Below, in pieces: positions 32,176 through 44,243 of a DNA stretch of 64,000 bases. This DNA comes from a virus. Below the pieces are notes generated by a model, which saw only the letters and a list, made by a program, of their open reading frames with translations, had not been told where the DNA came from and did no database searches. Where the stretch lies: the IMG/VR virus record IMGVR_UViG_3300013099_000017, positions 32,001-96,000 of that record; one strand, given 5' to 3'. Numbering within the stretch: the stretch's first letter is position 1; every line of letters begins with the position of its first letter. Position numbers and translations under genes: made by a program.

Positions 32176-32727
32176 AGGAAAATATATTATGAAATATACT
32201 GTAAGAATTATTGAAAGTGAACGGGGTTGGGGTCAAATAGTTGATGAAATTAAAGAATTCGATTCTGATGATGAAGCATATGAATTTGTAAGAAAATATA
32301 ATGCTCAAAATAATTTAGATTATGTTCCTGATTGGTATATGTATGCACAAGATCCCGTGAGGATTGAAAAATGAGTGATCAAGTACAAACAACATTAGAT
32401 CCATTAAACAAATTCACAAAGTATAAGGCTTATGAAATTGCTGATGTTTGTGGAATTTTACCAATTTGGGTTTTAAATTATAATTTTTTCGATAAACCAT
32501 TAAAAGATGCATTAAAAATTCAATATGGGTTTCCATTTGGTGATGATGATATGTCCAATTTTACTGGTAATGTTGAAGCTGATGGAACATTTACATATCC
32601 GGAAGATCCCACAAAATACCCTCTAATACGCATTGTAAGAGGTTCTGAGACATTTTATCAGTATCTTGATAGTTGGGTGGCTATTGTACAGGAAGATGGT
32701 TCATTTTATGTTGATAGAATGGATTAA

Positions 32728-32810
32728 TATATCCCATTGTGGGTATATACATTTACTGTAGATATCATATAATAAAGACATAAGATAAATTAATCCAAAA
32801 GGAAAACATC
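32728..32810 (+). promoter_or_regulatory. Class A cassette
   Basis: Full palindrome, TATACA-16bp-TATAAT, leader TAATCCAAAAGGAAA; ORF 32811-32978. Confidence 0.8.
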
Positions 32811-34222
32811 ATGAACACTCAACTTGTAGCAAGTCAACTAGAAAATGATTTAGCATATCAGCAGTCGGTTCAACAGAATGACCCATACAACATGATGTTG
32901 GTGTTACGTGCATATCAACTTCCATACAAAATTACTGATGCAACGGCATTAATTGAATATGCCAAGGGTAAAAAATAATGCCTATTACAACCAATAATCA
33001 TATTCGGGATTATCTTGATATTTCTGATGTTCCTGAATCTGAAATTGATGAATGGAATTCGGAATGTAGTTTATGGGTAAAATACAGGGGTATGTATCTT
33101 GCTCTTTCTGATTTTGGATATAATCCTTATTCGGAATGGTCTGCTACTTATGGTTTAACAAATACAGCATCAATTGTTCTTAAACCTATTGAAAGTGATC
33201 AATATATTATTGGTCTTGCAACATGAATTGGTTTGAAAAATTATTTGTAGCATTGGAAGTGTTAGCCATTATTGGTATGATTGTTTATTCTGTACTTCAA
33301 TTTTTTGGAATTGTATGATAATGGATATTGAAGAAATATTGGAAAAATTGTTTATCGTTTGTATTGTACTCCATGCAATTTACATGACATGTTTTTGAGA
33401 AAATTATGAGCGTATATGACTTATTAAAAAAAGATTTAGATGAATTGATGGATCTCTGTCAATCAAAAAACATTTATGTTAGTTGGAATAAAAATTCAAT
33501 ATTTATTTGTGATTTAAATGGTGAGTTAATGTATCAGGGTGATGCACCACAAGAACCAATTAGCTATCAATTTCTAATGAAAAAAATTAAGGAAATTTTG
33601 TGAAATATAAGGTAAGTATTGAGAAAAAGTATCTTTATATTTGGAAAGCTAATAGGGAAAATCCTATATTAGAATTTTCTGTTTCAGAAAAAGGTATAAC
33701 GTTAATTGATGGTGATGTGAAAATTAAACAAGATTTTTATAGTCGTGAAGAAATCAAGAATTTAAAATATGAATTGGAGTTAATGAAATGACAAGTAAAG
33801 TATTATGTGCTTTAGGTGTTAAAGATGGTAAAACCGAATATCTTTATGATTTTTCATGGGATTGTGATTGGTATTGGGGTGGTGGTTATGTTGGTAATAA
33901 ACACTTACATCATCATTTTAATGGGTTAGTTGGTGGAAACATTAACATGCATGATGCGTTTGAAGAATATTATGATAGTACCAAAATAACAAAAGATCAA
34001 TTGTGGCGATTGTGTGATCTTATGAAACAATTTTATGCTCATAGAGAAAGTTCTGAATGTTTTCAATGGGGTGGCAATTATACATGTTCAGGTAGATCTC
34101 ATGAAGAAATTAATTCTGATTTGGGTAAAGCATTAAATGAACATATCGAAAAGGTCATTATTCCCGAAGTTCGGAAATTATTGAAAGATGTTGATACGCA
34201 GGAATCTGTAAAAATATCTTAA

Positions 34223-34324
34223 TATATCCCATTGTGGGTATATACATCTATTGTTAAATATAAGATAATGTATTTGTGGTAAGGGGATTTCCCCAAATAG
34301 ATAAACTTCCAAAAGGAAAACACC
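34223..34324 (+). promoter_or_regulatory. Class A cassette with long two-hairpin leader
   Basis: TATACA-17bp-GATAAT; TTGTGGTAA-GGGGA-TT-TCCCC-AAATAGATAAACTTCCAAAAGGAAA. Confidence 0.85.
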
Positions 34325-35287
34325 ATGTATAATGGTAATTTTGAACAAGAATCTGAACAGGTCATTGAAAAATATGAACCGAAACTGAGAGTAATGTTTC
34401 CTGACTTTCATGTTAATATGAGAGTAAGTAAATTGCTTGGTACAACATTGTGGATTAATATATCTTCTCCGCATGAAATAACAAGACATAATGCAGATGT
34501 TAATATTGATTTTCATGTTTTCAATGAAGATCATGTTCCTTCATTAGAGAAAAATCTTTGTCCAAAAAAATATAAATTTCGTAAAATCAACGGTGATACC
34601 TTAGATGTTATGGTTGGTAAATTTATGGTTTGGATTGCAAAGAATGAATCTGAAATGAAATCCGATTGGGTTAATTATAAGGACAAGAAAATGAGTAAAT
34701 CAGATTATCAGGTGTATAAAAAAAATGGAAATCAATATGTCATTTATCAGGAATTTGATAAATGGAATATTTATCAACTTTCATGGTCTAGTGCTAATAA
34801 ATTAGTTTCTTCCCATGATACAAACGCAGAGGCGGTATCAGCATTATGAACTTTTGTATTATGTACATTGCAAGAATCTCAAATGTAAGCAATGATTTTC
34901 AATATATATTTGTATCGAAACATCAAATAACACAAGATGATGTTATAACATATTTAAATTCCAAAGATGAAAGTTTGGATTTAGAAGTTAATCGCTTGGG
35001 TTTATATTCTAATTTACTTAATAAGTTTATTACTTATAAAGTTAATACCATTGAGGAAATTTAAAAATGAGTCCTACTAAAATTTTAAATATCGTAAATA
35101 AATTTGATAATCTATTTAAATTCTTTGGATATATTTTTATTGTTTGTATTTTAATGTTTACATTATATTTACTTGCAGTCAATATTCATTATGTTAGTGT
35201 ATTTGGTGTATTCTTGTTTTTACTATATGTATTGGTCAGATATATGGTTGCCTATTACAAGAAAAATAATCCGGATAGGAGAAATTC

Positions 35288-36018
35288 GTGAATCAAACAG
35301 TAATCGGTCGTTTATATGGTATTGTTATTATGTTAATATTATTGGCAATGTCATTTGATTTGATGTACCCAAATGTGATTTTAGTTGGTGTATTATTTGC
35401 TGTTCGTGTTCTACTTATAGTTGATAATCTTAATAGAAATGATGTGAAAGATATATTAATTACTGATTTTAAAACAATAGGTTTATTATTGAATTTATTT
35501 GTTTTGATGTTAATATTATTTGGTTTTATTGAATTTTGGTACATATATGTAATATCACAATCAACTGTATTACTTTTTGGTGCAGTATGGTATTTGGAAA
35601 ATAAACCAGAAATACAGACATTATATCAACTAGCAATTTGGAAAAGGAATAGGGGAAGATGAAAAAAAAAACGATTACAATTGTACGTTTAATTACAATA
35701 ACAATATATTTGATCATATTTGCAATGTCCTTTGGTTTAATAGAACTGAATGGATTGCTGGTAGCAAGTTTATTTATTGTTCAAATTTATATATTTTGTG
35801 GATTCATTAGTACATTAAATGCTCATGAATATGGTAATGTGCCGAAAGGTTGGTTATATTATTTGACTAACACTATTTCAGCTATATTAATATTGTTTAT
35901 GTTATTTGGACAAATAGAATTTTGGTACATGGTTATTTTGAGCCATATAATTTTATTTGGGGCGGTTATTGTATTTAAACGGAAAGCAGAACATGAATTA
36001 TTGGAGAGTAGAAAATGA
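35288..36018 (+). CDS. Tandem paralogous multi-pass membrane proteins (35288-35662, 35659-36018)
   Basis: Hydrophobic helices; shared LFG.IEFWY..V.S...LFGAV. Confidence 0.7.
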
Positions 36019-36956
36019 GTTATTGTGATTTTAATCATACGTTATTTAAACAGTTTACAAGTCATAAGACTAAGATATTTCCTGCTCTATCTGATGATTG
36101 GGAATTGATTAATAAAGCATATAACACAAGTGATGGTGTTGCGTTAAAGTCTAAAAATTTAAATCAAATTGTATATGATATTCCAATGAGGCGATTTATT
36201 ACATTTTGTAAAACATTTAATATTACCATAACAGGTAATCTTTTACATGGTGAATATGCCGTTGGTCAAGATAGATCAGTATATGTTAAAAAAGATTTTG
36301 ATAAGTGGAATGACAAATATAACAAACGTACAGAAAATATTATTTCTTTACGTGATGCTAAAGTAGGTCATGTTTATAGAACGGTGTGTGGATTGTCTGT
36401 AATTTATTTGGGTGCTATGTATCAGGCGAAAGTCATAACAAAAAAATGGGATGATTTATCAAATTTCACTAAAATTACAAAAGTTCATTTCATTCAAACA
36501 AATGTAAGTTTTGATGATGATAATCCTCAGTATGGAATACAACCTGTAAGAAATTATAAATTTATACGAGACATGGGTTATGCTTTGGATGCAGATGAAA
36601 TTGCTAATGTGTTTGAACATCAATATTACGGTGATAATAGCATCGTGTATTGGGATAAAAAACGTCCAAATGGTGTTCCAAAATACGGAATCATTCCAAG
36701 TATTAGAAAACCATATTATCCAAATCAGGATAATTATGCAAAGAAAAATGTGTCATTGTATTATTATACTCCATTATTTGCCAAATATCAGAATAGATTT
36801 TGGAAATTAAGGAATAGCACAACATTAAGATCATCTTATTCAGTTGATAAAGAAACGCTAAAATATTCTGGTAAAAATCAAGATCAAGGTTGGGGTTGTT
36901 CAGGGGAACAAATTAAAGTAGATAATGAATTTTATAGAATTGGTGTTATTGATTAA

Positions 36957-37038
36957 TATATCCCATTGTGGGTATATACACAAATATTATATTATGTGAT
37001 AATGGGTTCAAGATTAAATAAACAGGAAAGGAAATGAA
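36957..37038 (+). promoter_or_regulatory. Class A cassette
   Basis: TATACA(36975-80)-17bp-GATAAT with TG extension. Confidence 0.8.
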
Positions 37039-37284
37039 ATGAAGTGGTGTAAAGATTCTTATTTTAAAGATTTAAGTGATGATGAATTGCTCATTGAATA
37101 TGATGATGCCCGTAGTTTGATGTCGTATTATAATGCGGCCGAAGGAAATTGGAGTAGTGAAACGGGTGCTCGAAATGAATGTAGTTATTATCTTAATGAA
37201 GTGAGAACTGAAATTGGTATTCGAGATTTGACCCCAAATACAGGAACTTATTTATGCTAAATAAGCATAAAGGGGAATTTATAT

Positions 37285-37914
37285 ATGGAATTAAACAAAG
37301 ACTTTTTTCAAAGTTTAAATGAATCATTATTAACTGAATCGGGTTTATCAAGGGTTTGGAAACAAACAAAAGAACATGATTTTGGAACAATTACTGCTTT
37401 TCGTAGTGCCAAAGATTGCAATAAAGGTGAAGCATATACAAAAGCTGATAACATGAAACGAAATAAATCACTTGTTTCAAAATTACAGTCATTGCGATAT
37501 GGTATCACTAAAATCAAAGGTTCATATATTGAGAACTATGGTTCACAAAATGAAAAAGAAGTTGGTGAAAATTCGTTTATTGTAATTGATCTTCAAGACA
37601 AGGGTACATTGAAAAAAGATTTATTAAAATTGGGTGAAGAATTTGAACAAGATTCTATCATTTTTGGTAAAGCAGGAAAGGCAGGAACATTAGTTGGTTC
37701 AAATAAATGTCCTGATGGATATCCAGGATATCGTAAAGAAGCTAAACAAGGTGGTGCTATTTTTGGTAAAACTGGTGAATTTATGAGTCGGGTTAAAGGT
37801 AGACCATTTATTTTTACAGAAGAAGTTGAAAATTATGGTGTCAAAAAATATCCAACTGAGTTAAGGGGTGTAGTTGAATTATCAAAACTACATTGGTCTG
37901 AAATCGAAGTATAA
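37285..37914 (+). CDS. Conserved phage protein (DUF3293-like), possible head-packaged protein
   Basis: ESGLSRVW..HDFGTITAFR..LGEEFEQDSIIF; upstream CTAAATA; N-terminal LNE/LTE. Confidence 0.45.
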   Translation: MELNKDFFQSLNESLLTESGLSRVWKQTKEHDFGTITAFRSAKDCNKGEAYTKADNMKRNKSLVSKLQSLRYGITKIKGSYIENYGSQNEKEVGENSFIVIDLQDKGTLKKDLLKLGEEFEQDSIIFGKAGKAGTLVGSNKCPDGYPGYRKEAKQGGAIFGKTGEFMSRVKGRPFIFTEEVENYGVKKYPTELRGVVELSKLHWSEIEV

Positions 37915-38782
37915 AGGTTTTTATTATGCAATACATTTTAAAACAAATTGAATATGATGAATTAGTTCATTTAAAAGAAAAACACCAGAAACGTTACTTG
38001 AATGAACTTCAAAAAGTTTGTACAATGGCATGTGATAATACCCCAATTTTATATTGGGATAAAACAATTCCGGAACCTTGGGGTTGTATTATCACCATTG
38101 AAAAAGAAAATGAAGAAAATGGTACTGATGAAGAATGGTGTTGTGATGAATGTCCAACAATTAAAGTATGTCCTTATGAATACAAAACTTATAGTAAATA
38201 AAGGGTTTTTATAATGAGTGATGTTAAAACAATAATTCAACATTCTGTATTAGTTGTATTAGGTGAAAAAAATAATAAATTTTTATTTAATTCAAAAGAA
38301 GATAAAGATGAATTTTTATTAAGTGAAAATAAATTTTGTATTAATCAATTACAAAATTATATTGGTGCGTTTGATAAACTCGAACGCAAAACTTTCAAGT
38401 TTGAACTTGAAAAAAAGCGTATGGCTCATGCTGTACATTGTGGATTTCATGAAGTTGCCAATACAGGTACATGGAATCGTTCTGCAAATTATGACGCATT
38501 AATTGCGTAAAGGTGTTAAATTATGAGTAAAGATTATAAAGTTGGTATTCGTTTCCCTAATAAAAACGATGAAAAGTACAGATTAGGGTATATCTTTTTG
38601 CCGACCGAAGTAAAACGTGATGCTTATATTCGTGATGAATTGGAATTCTGCAAAAGTGAAGAAAAATCCTATTTAAGTGCGTTATATAAAAATCAGCGTC
38701 TTAGTTCTATTCAGGCATTATACAATAAGCGTATTGAATTTGCGAAATTGAATGGTTTGGATATTGAAATGGTTAAGGCATA

Positions 38783-39370
38783 ATGCTCAATGTTATGGTA
38801 GACAATGAATCGGTTGGATTGAAACCAAATTCAGCCGTTGCACAAATTGGAGCAGTAATTTTTCAAGATGATTTTACAATCATGGATCGATATTGTATAA
38901 ATTTAAATATTGATCAACAGTTGGATTTGGGTTCAACTTATGATGATGGAACTCTCGATTGGTGGATGCTTCAAGAAGATGAAAATTCTGATTTATATAA
39001 TTCGGTTTTTGATAATCCAATGAACTTAGATGGTGCTTATAAAAATTGGTCAACATGGTTAAAGGATAATTCCCCTGTAAATGATGTTGGATTTAGATTT
39101 TGGTGTAATCATTTATTATTCGATGTACCAATGTTAAATAATTTCATGTCGTATTATGATGATAATATGAAACATTATATCAAATATAATAATTTTGAAG
39201 ATTTTGCAACTGTCCGAAATATGGCAAAACGTAAAGTAAGCAATTTTAAGGTACTTGAAAATAAAATTAATGTGGATGCTAATGGTGCTAGTCATAATGC
39301 CTTGTATGATGCTGTTTGGCAGACTAAATCATTAGAATTATCATATAAAGTGCTGGACATTCAATTATAA
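38783..39370 (+). CDS. DEDD 3'-5' exonuclease (Rv2179c/DUF5051-like)
   Basis: MVDNES, QIGAV, FDVPML, HNALYDA. Confidence 0.8.
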   Translation: MLNVMVDNESVGLKPNSAVAQIGAVIFQDDFTIMDRYCINLNIDQQLDLGSTYDDGTLDWWMLQEDENSDLYNSVFDNPMNLDGAYKNWSTWLKDNSPVNDVGFRFWCNHLLFDVPMLNNFMSYYDDNMKHYIKYNNFEDFATVRNMAKRKVSNFKVLENKINVDANGASHNALYDAVWQTKSLELSYKVLDIQL

Positions 39371-39377
39371 TATTTCA

Positions 39378-39424
39378 TATATCTCTTTTGGGATATATGA
39401 AATATTTAATCAATTTGATATAAT
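39378..39424 (+). promoter_or_regulatory. Variant class A cassette
   Basis: TATATCTC-TTTT-GGGATATA; TGATATAAT 39416-24. Confidence 0.7.
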
Positions 39425-39458
39425 ATGTGTGTAGGTTGAAAAACCATTTTTAAATTTG

Positions 39459-39486
39459 AATAGGTAATAGGTAATAGGTAATAAGT
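39459..39486 (+). repeat. 7-nt tandem repeat x4 in translation initiation region
   Basis: AATAGGT x3 + AATAAGT, ending 2 nt before ATG 39488. Confidence 0.85.
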
Positions 39487-39487
39487 A

Positions 39488-40489
39488 ATGAAACGGACAA
39501 CAGATGTAAATCATGCAATGTATGGTAAAGAACCATCTATTCCAAATCAGGTATTTATGGATACGAAAGCATATAATATGTTTTTACATTCATCCTTTAA
39601 CTGGTACAATAACATGGTTAAAGATACCGAAAAAAAGAAATGGGTCATTAAATGGGGTATTGCCCGTGGATTCAATATATCAGATTTGAAAGCAATTCCG
39701 GATACTTATTTAACTACTCTTGGTTCAATGGTGAGAATGGATGATAATGGTTTCAAATTTAATGATATGCATTATCAAACAATTTCAACTAAATTAGGTG
39801 AATTGGTATTAAAGTTCAAAGAAATCAAACGTGAACAGCCTACAATAAAAAAGATTACAGTTGATAAGGTTGGTTTGGTTATGACTGTTTTTGATAATGC
39901 TATTGATAACGTTATGGACAATAAACCATATCCAAAATTAACAATCGATCATCCATTATCAGCACCAAATGTCAATGAACTGAAATCATATTATACAAGA
40001 CAGTTGGATGAACTTGAAACTGGTTCAAAATTTATTAAAGTTCATAATGAGATTTTAAATTTATTATCTGGTAAAGATAAAGTTAAAAAGCCCACAACAC
40101 GAAAACCTAAAATTAGGAAAGCACGTTCTCCTAAAAAGCAGGTGGCTAACTTGAACTTTATGATTGCTGATACTACATTAGGAATCAAATCCATTAAACC
40201 GGAAAAAATAATTGGTGCTTCTAAGTTGGTGATGTTTAATACCAATAATCGAAAGTTGACTATTTTCTATGCTGATGATGGTGGATTTTCTATCAAGGGT
40301 TCAACCTTGCAGAATTTTACAAAACAATCTTCCACTAAAACTATCAGGAAACCGGAAGATAAATTATCTGAATTTATTGGAGCACCAAAAACACGTACAG
40401 ATAAAATTTATTCTCAAATTAAATCGGTCAAGGGTTCGGTAACTGGTCGAATTAATAAACACAATATATTACTAAAGGTATTTAATTAA
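39488..40489 (+). CDS. Conserved T4-like hypothetical protein (basic C-terminal domain)
   Basis: SIKPEKIIGAS.LVMFNT..RKL..KGSTL..KTIRKPE. Confidence 0.55.
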   Translation: MKRTTDVNHAMYGKEPSIPNQVFMDTKAYNMFLHSSFNWYNNMVKDTEKKKWVIKWGIARGFNISDLKAIPDTYLTTLGSMVRMDDNGFKFNDMHYQTISTKLGELVLKFKEIKREQPTIKKITVDKVGLVMTVFDNAIDNVMDNKPYPKLTIDHPLSAPNVNELKSYYTRQLDELETGSKFIKVHNEILNLLSGKDKVKKPTTRKPKIRKARSPKKQVANLNFMIADTTLGIKSIKPEKIIGASKLVMFNTNNRKLTIFYADDGGFSIKGSTLQNFTKQSSTKTIRKPEDKLSEFIGAPKTRTDKIYSQIKSVKGSVTGRINKHNILLKVFN

Positions 40490-40781
40490 TGAATCCATTT
40501 AAAGTAACATTGAAAGTAGAGAAACCCGATCCAACATATTCATTTGATGAATTGGGTCATAGGAGTATTGGTCGGATTCAGCGTGGGAAATACAAGGGAT
40601 TATTTGTTCTTGTGATTAAAGAAGATGTAAATGAACCAATATTAGTTGAACTAACTGGATTGTTTTATCTAAAAGGTAAACAATTAAAAGAGTTTGGTTC
40701 AAATATCGAAGCACTTAATGTTGATTATAATATAACATTATCATTATCACGTATACCAGAATCAGAAAGGATTAACTTAAA

Positions 40782-41028
40782 ATGATTGAAATTGTAAATG
40801 AACAAAAAGATGTAATAGTCTTAGCAAAAGATATGAAACAAGGTCAATTTGGTGTTATTGTTGAAAGTGAAGCTCAATATCTGATAGGTGATATTGTAGG
40901 GGGAACAATTGATTTCTTTAAATGGTAAAAACACATGGAAAAATCTTTCTCTGCCACAATTTAAAATTAAACTTTTGCATGATGGTACTATTTTTAAACT
41001 TACTAATAATGGAATTAAAAATGCTTAA
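40782..41028 (+). pseudogene. Frameshifted paralog of 41021-41290
   Basis: +1 shift at G5 run 40899-40903; removing one G gives IVGEQLISLNGKNTW, matching IVMRVYGELIVSLTSTHSW. Confidence 0.5.
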
Positions 41029-41299
41029 ACTTATAAAAGGTTCTGATCCGAAATACATTAAGGCAACTGAAATGACTATTAATCAAGTTGCCATTATCCG
41101 AAATAATAAAGATGATGATGTTGATCAAAAATATGTTGGTTTGATTGTTATGCGAGTTTATGGTGAACTGATTGTATCTTTAACTTCAACTCATTCATGG
41201 GGTGGAAATTGTCGTAGTTTAAATGCTCTTACTTTTAATCTCGAAGTAATACCAAATGGAAGTATGTTTGAAGTTGTGAATAATGAATAAGGATGTTAA

Positions 41300-42148
41300 A
41301 TGTTATTAATTGATTTAAGTTCGGTTGTAATAAATGCCGTACAGGGTGCAATTATACAAAATGATCTTAGTTTATCATTGGTTCGTAATTGTACCATGTC
41401 TCAGTTACTATATTACAAAAAACGATATTCAAAATATGGTAAGCCAATTTTATGTGTAGATTCAAGACACTATTGGCGTAAAGATTTTTTTAAATTTTAT
41501 AAACAAAATCGAAAAAAGATCCGTAAAAAATCCAGCATGGATTGGGACTTGTTTTTTGAATATTTTGCCAAAGTAAAACAGGAACTTCAAGACTATGTTC
41601 CATATATGTATATTGATGTTGAAAAATGTGAAGCTGATGATATCATTGCCATTATTGCAATGAAATCATCTGAGCCTGTTATGATTGTATCTGCTGATAA
41701 AGATATGGCACAATTACAAACCAAAGGGAAGGATATTAAGCAATATTCACCAATGACCAAAAAACAAATTACATTGAAGTCATTAGATTATTCATTAATT
41801 GAACATATTATTCGTGGTGATAATTCAGATGGTATTCCAAATATTAAATCCGATGATGATGTATTTTTATGTGAAGATAAAAGACAGAAATCAATTACCA
41901 CCACATTAATTAAAGATGCTTTACTTTTGGAACGTACCGAATTAATATGTCAAAATCAAATCGAATTGGGAAAATTTAAACGAAATCAAATCTTAATTGA
42001 TGTTGCTCATATTCCCGAAAATTATAAAAAAGATATTAGGGATGCTTGGAAATTTCAACAAGATAATCCACCAAAAGATAAATTAAAAACATATTTTATT
42101 AAATTTAGAATGAAATTATTATTTAATAAAATAAGCCAATTTAGATAA
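41300..42148 (+). CDS. rnh: T4 RNase H / 5'-3' flap exonuclease
   Basis: LIDLS, EADDII, VSADKDMAQLQ, GDNSDGIPNI. Confidence 0.93.
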   Translation: MLLIDLSSVVINAVQGAIIQNDLSLSLVRNCTMSQLLYYKKRYSKYGKPILCVDSRHYWRKDFFKFYKQNRKKIRKKSSMDWDLFFEYFAKVKQELQDYVPYMYIDVEKCEADDIIAIIAMKSSEPVMIVSADKDMAQLQTKGKDIKQYSPMTKKQITLKSLDYSLIEHIIRGDNSDGIPNIKSDDDVFLCEDKRQKSITTTLIKDALLLERTELICQNQIELGKFKRNQILIDVAHIPENYKKDIRDAWKFQQDNPPKDKLKTYFIKFRMKLLFNKISQFR

Positions 42149-42189
42149 GAACTAAATAGAATCATAATAGTAATTAAGGATGAAATATT

Positions 42190-42594
42190 ATGAAAACTTT
42201 AACGTTAGATTTTTTAAATTGTATTTACAATGGCGAAGGAACATGCAGAACACCAACAGAACAAATGATAAAAGATCCGGTCTTTGCTGGATATGCTCAA
42301 TTAGCTTATTCAGATAAAGTACCAACATATAAGATTATACCTGTACATAAACGTGATCCGAGAACTCCATTAGGTTTGGACTTTTCAAATTTACAAATGT
42401 CATTCAGGAAATTTTATCAAGGTGCATATGTTATTAATGATAATAAAATATCAAGACGTATACTGATTCAAGTTGCAGAAGCATTATCTCAGGTGGAAGT
42501 AAAATTTTTACGTGAAGTATTAAAAGGTAAAATTGGATTTTACTCAAAGCAACAATATTTACTTGATATGGATAGTGCTAATGCCGACATATGA
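42190..42594 (+). CDS. Conserved T4-like hypothetical protein downstream of rnh
   Basis: RRILIQVAEALSQVEVKFL pattern; synteny. Confidence 0.45.
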   Translation: MKTLTLDFLNCIYNGEGTCRTPTEQMIKDPVFAGYAQLAYSDKVPTYKIIPVHKRDPRTPLGLDFSNLQMSFRKFYQGAYVINDNKISRRILIQVAEALSQVEVKFLREVLKGKIGFYSKQQYLLDMDSANADI

Positions 42595-42829
42595 TTATAA
42601 ATGCAATGAGTGTGGATATTATTTTGAAACATCTTCACCAATGGCAGAAAGACATAATCCAAAATGTTGTCCCAAATGTGGAGCATATGAAAGTAAGCAA
42701 GTCATTACACGGGGCAATGCTGTTTTGGATTCAGTAAGAATGGGTAGAACTAAAGTATCAGAAGGATTTAGGGATACTTTAATCGACATTAAAAAAGAGC
42801 ATCCAGGCTCAACAATTAAAATAAGATAA
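42581..42829 (+). CDS. FmdB-family zinc-ribbon protein
   Basis: MPTYDYKCNECG...CPKCG. Confidence 0.8.
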   Translation: MPTYDYKCNECGYYFETSSPMAERHNPKCCPKCGAYESKQVITRGNAVLDSVRMGRTKVSEGFRDTLIDIKKEHPGSTIKIR

Positions 42830-43062
42830 AGGAATATATAATGAATAAACAAGATGTGTTAGATATAGAACGGTTAAAAGTTGATCGGTTAATTACTTTA
42901 CATGATATTGAATCAAATGAAGAAGAAATAAAACGACTTAAAACTCTTAGTGATCATGATGGGGAATTTTATGAAGAAATGGCTTTAAAATATTCTCAAT
43001 TAGATTTAAAACAAATTGATTTGGATATTGCTAACATTCTGCGTAATTATCCAACAGAGTAA

Positions 43063-43139
43063 TTATATCTCTTAATGGGTATATACATATATATCCATTT
43101 GCTGTATTATTTAGAAAAACTTCCAAAAGGAAAAATATA
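43063..43139 (+). promoter_or_regulatory. Variant class A cassette with leader
   Basis: TATATCTCTTAATGGGTATATACA...AAAACTTCCAAAAGGAAA. Confidence 0.75.
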
Positions 43140-44243
43140 ATGAAAGATCATCCTATTACTTCAAAATGGGTTCAAGAAAATTTTAACATTGATGATGAAC
43201 GTCAAATTCTCAGAGAATTGGATTATTCCGGTGATTTTGTAGATTTGATTGAAGCAGATGTTGGTGATGGTGTATCTATTTCTGAATTTATTGAAATTGT
43301 TAAATCATCATTAAAAGGTCATGATTTTGTGTCCTTTAATGAAATTCGATATTCCGGAACCACATTAGATTTATCAAAATGGGTATCTGCTACTGAAACT
43401 GATAATCAAGTTATTGATCGATTAAAAGTTGAAGAACGGGCAAAACGCAAAGTCATTAAACAGGAAGAACAAGATCGTGTTGATTATGAACGATTGAAAC
43501 TCAGATTTGAACCGAAATCAATAACCAAAGTAAATTTGGATTTACTTGAATGTAGTCAATGTCGATTGGGTAAAAATTATTTAAATCTTTGTGATTTAAC
43601 ACATCCTGAATTTACTGAGTGCTTAGAATATGTTAATAATCATGAGGATTTATAAATGAGAAAACTAGTACCGTCTTATTGGTGGGATTTTGGAAAAGAT
43701 GGTTTTATCATTGTTGAAAGTGATGAAAATGATTTTCCTATTCTTGGTGAATTTGAATATGATGTAAAAGGCTATGCCGATCAAGCCATAAACCAAGCAC
43801 TAAAATTAATTAATGATCTTCGTTCCGGAAGAATTACACCAAAGGAGTGTATTAAAAATGGTTAAAAGTTATGAAAAGTATGATAATCTATTACCATACC
43901 CAAAATTAAAAAATCAAGCGTTTCCTGAACCAAAACGAAAAGATTTTGTTAGTTATACAGAACATGGTATAGCTATGGATGACTGGGAACGAAATCGCTG
44001 TACATATGATGTTGAACGGAAGAAATTGATAAAAGAATATCAAGATGAACAATCTCGAATGATTGCTTTGTTTTTTGATGATTTAATGAGTGAACTTGAT
44101 TGGGATGTTTTACCCAAAGAAAAAATTGATAAATTAAAATCTCATATTTGGGAAGAAGGACATCATGCAGGTTTTCCGGAATGTTATAACGTTGCTTATG
44201 ATATGGTAGAATTGGTTGATGTATTAATTAAAGGATGTAAATA

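Larger units (their letters stand above)
32189..37260 (+). other. Array of small hypothetical ORFs including membrane proteins
   Basis: Coupled ORFs; includes 36015-36956 (313 aa, unknown). Confidence 0.55.
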
